A DNA stretch of 64,000 nt. Source: Callorhinchus milii. Its lineage: Eukaryota. Each line of letters begins with the position of its first letter. The first letter of the stretch is position 1. The position numbers and the translations under genes were made by a program. The notes below the pieces were generated by a model. It saw only the letters and a list, made by a program, of their open reading frames with translations. It had not been told where the DNA came from and made no database searches. The stretch covers positions 82,090,001 to 82,154,000 of the forward strand of contig NW_024704743.1 of assembly GCF_018977255.1 (NCBI RefSeq), given 5' to 3'. Shown in pieces: positions 61,810-64,000 of this stretch.

Positions 61810-62543
61810 ACAGTCTTACAGTTATTGTAAGATGACCAAGTATTTGATTTGTTACATGGATGTTGAATTGTTACCACTTTCATTTTGTTCTAAACCACTG
61901 TGATCAACCAAGGTCACGCCATTCCCCTCAGCCTTTGTACCGTTCACCTCCCCTCTCCTTAACTGTCTTTCTCATTACTCATTCCTTCAATTATTCATAT
62001 CTAGACTCTTCTCATCAGTCGCTCCTTTCATCTTGCGAGTTCTCTTTAATCTAGCTGCTTTGTGGAAGAAGCAGCCCATGACTGAAGGGCAGAGGTGAGG
62101 ACAAATGGCAGGCAGATGAAGGTACTGTGTCCTCTTCCTTTTCCCAAAGCAAAGCCCAATTGCACGACTTGGAATTAGTCACGCAGCCAATTTACAATCT
62201 AGTCTTATGGTCCGACTCACAGCAAAAAAAGAAGATGGCTTGTATCCAATTACCTCCACAACCATACACAAAGAACTGTGGTATTAAAAAATATCATGTT
62301 TCTCTACCAATGATTTCAATTAAAATTGTAGTTCTTTATCTTTGAGAACATTAGCTCATATTCCTGTTACCTTTGCAGTGCAGATAGCCCAGTTGTCTCA
62401 TTGGTCCTCAAAGTAGCTGTTAGGATGAAGGAGATTCAAAGATAGAGACAGCAATACTGTAGCTTCACTTCAGTACTATATCTGCATGTATATAGCCACT
62501 TCACAGGGTAGCATCTAATACATTGGTTGAAAGAAAGCCTTTT

Positions 62544-63586
62544 AACAACAAGAACAAAATTACATTTGTAAAGCGCCTTTCATATCGGGAGGACGTCCCA
62601 AGGCACTGAACAGACAGAGTTACGGACCCGAGCTAGGGATCGGGATCGGGGAGGATGGAGGGCAGGGAGGGAAGCAGGGAGATCGAAAGCACGGTCGAAG
62701 AGGAGGTACTTGAGATGGATCTTGAAGGTGGCAAGGGAGGGGGCGAGGCAGAGAGACTGCAGTTTGGAATTCCGGAGGGTGGGGGCAGAGTGGCAAAAGG
62801 CCCGCCAAATAGTGGGGCGAGCGAGGCGAGGGAAATGAAGCAGGCCGGAGCCTGCTGAGCAGAAGGAGCGAGCAGGATGGTAGGGTGTAGGAGATCACAG
62901 AGGTAGGGGTAGCAAATCCGTGGAGGGCTTTGAAGATGAGGATCAGGATCTTGAACTGTATCCTCTGTGTGATGGGAAGCCAGTGGAGTGGGCAAGGATG
63001 GGAGTGATAGGGTCGCGGAGCCTGGTGCGGGAGAGGACACGGGCTGCAGAGTTCTGGATTACCTGCAGTCTGTGGAGGGAGGAGTTGGGGAGGCCGACAA
63101 GCAGTGAGTTTGCATAGTCGAGCCTCAATGTAATTAAAGCATTTATGAGGGTTTCGGCGGCCTGCAGTGTGAGACAGTGGAGGAGCCAAGTGATGTTGCG
63201 GAGGTGGGAGAAGGCAGAGCAGGTCATGGCGAAGATGTGGGGTAGAAAGGATAGTTGAGGGTCGAACAAGCCGCCAAGGTACCGGACTGGCTCAGTGAGG
63301 TGCAACCATGGATGGTGAATCTGTCAGCGCCTGAGGTGAGGAGGGGCTGACGGGAGCCAATCAGTAGAGCCTCGGTCTTGTTGAAGTTCAGCTGACGAAA
63401 GTTATCTCTCATCCAGGACTTGGTGTCTGACAAACATTCTGTCAGCACAGCAGTGGTGCTGGAGTCAAGGGTGGAGGCAGAGAGGTAGAGTTGATGTCAT
63501 CTGCATACATGTGGAAGTTGAGCCAATGTCTGCGGATGAAGTCACCAAGAGGGAGCATATAGATATTGAAGAGGAGGGGACCAAGG
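62544..63586 (-). mobile_element. 5'-truncated L2 LINE
   Basis: Frameshifted ORF2 pieces (ORFs 62620-63189, 62943-63305, 63224-63448), YADD motif, tail at left. Confidence 0.95.
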
Positions 63587-63744
63587 ACAACACAGACAAA
63601 CGGTTGTTATACATTGACATAAACATGTTACAGGCCACTGTACAAAGGACCATCAATTCAGATTGCACAGCAAATAAGATGGGGAAACATGTTCCTTTAA
63701 GTAAAACTTTCTTTATTCTCTGCAATTTCTTCCTTCAGACATTG

Positions 63745-64000
63745 AACCCATAGGCTGACATTCCAGTACAGTGCCACAGAGCTGCAGTGTTGGAGGTGCT
63801 TTCCTTTCGATGAGAAGTTAAACAGAGGTCTCACCTCTCTTTTCAGTGGACATTAAATATCCTATTCAAAATGAGAAGGGAGTTTCTCCTGGTGTCCTGG
63901 CCAACAATCCCCCAGATAAAATTGGTCATTTACTTCATGGCTGTTTTGTGAGGCAATGCTACGCACAAATTTGTAGTCGTGTTTGCATACAAGATACAGT
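63745..64000 (+). mobile_element. Deu-domain SINE running off the window end
   Basis: 'ggctgacattccagtacagt...gatgagaagttaaacagagg...cagtggacattaaa'. Confidence 0.85.

Overview
Eukaryotic, repeat-dense, gene-poor vertebrate DNA. The repeat content points to a cartilaginous fish, possibly a holocephalan (inference). There is no prokaryotic operon, CRISPR array, rRNA or true tRNA gene, and no intact protein-coding gene I can name. A large part of the window is decayed mobile elements: at least two L2-clade LINE subfamilies (one very young), CR1 fragments, an L1/Tx1-like RT fragment and six fragments of an RTE-like LINE. It also holds a young tRNA-headed SINE whose tail matches the L2 tail, older Deu-domain SINEs, a ~3.3-kb Tigger/pogo transposon with both ends, several MITE-like palindromes and a minisatellite. 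Most notable: (1) a 176-bp Penelope-type hairpin at 9937-10112 with an exact 15-bp TSD and a minimal hammerhead ribozyme core; (2) a compensatory base-pair change between the SINE and L2 3' stem-loops; (3) multi-level nested insertions that give relative ages; (4) candidate host exons at 146-238 and 1646 onward (+) and a weak 21-nt microexon series near 55.9-56.6 kb (-). Most repeat boundaries are approximate and were read by eye.
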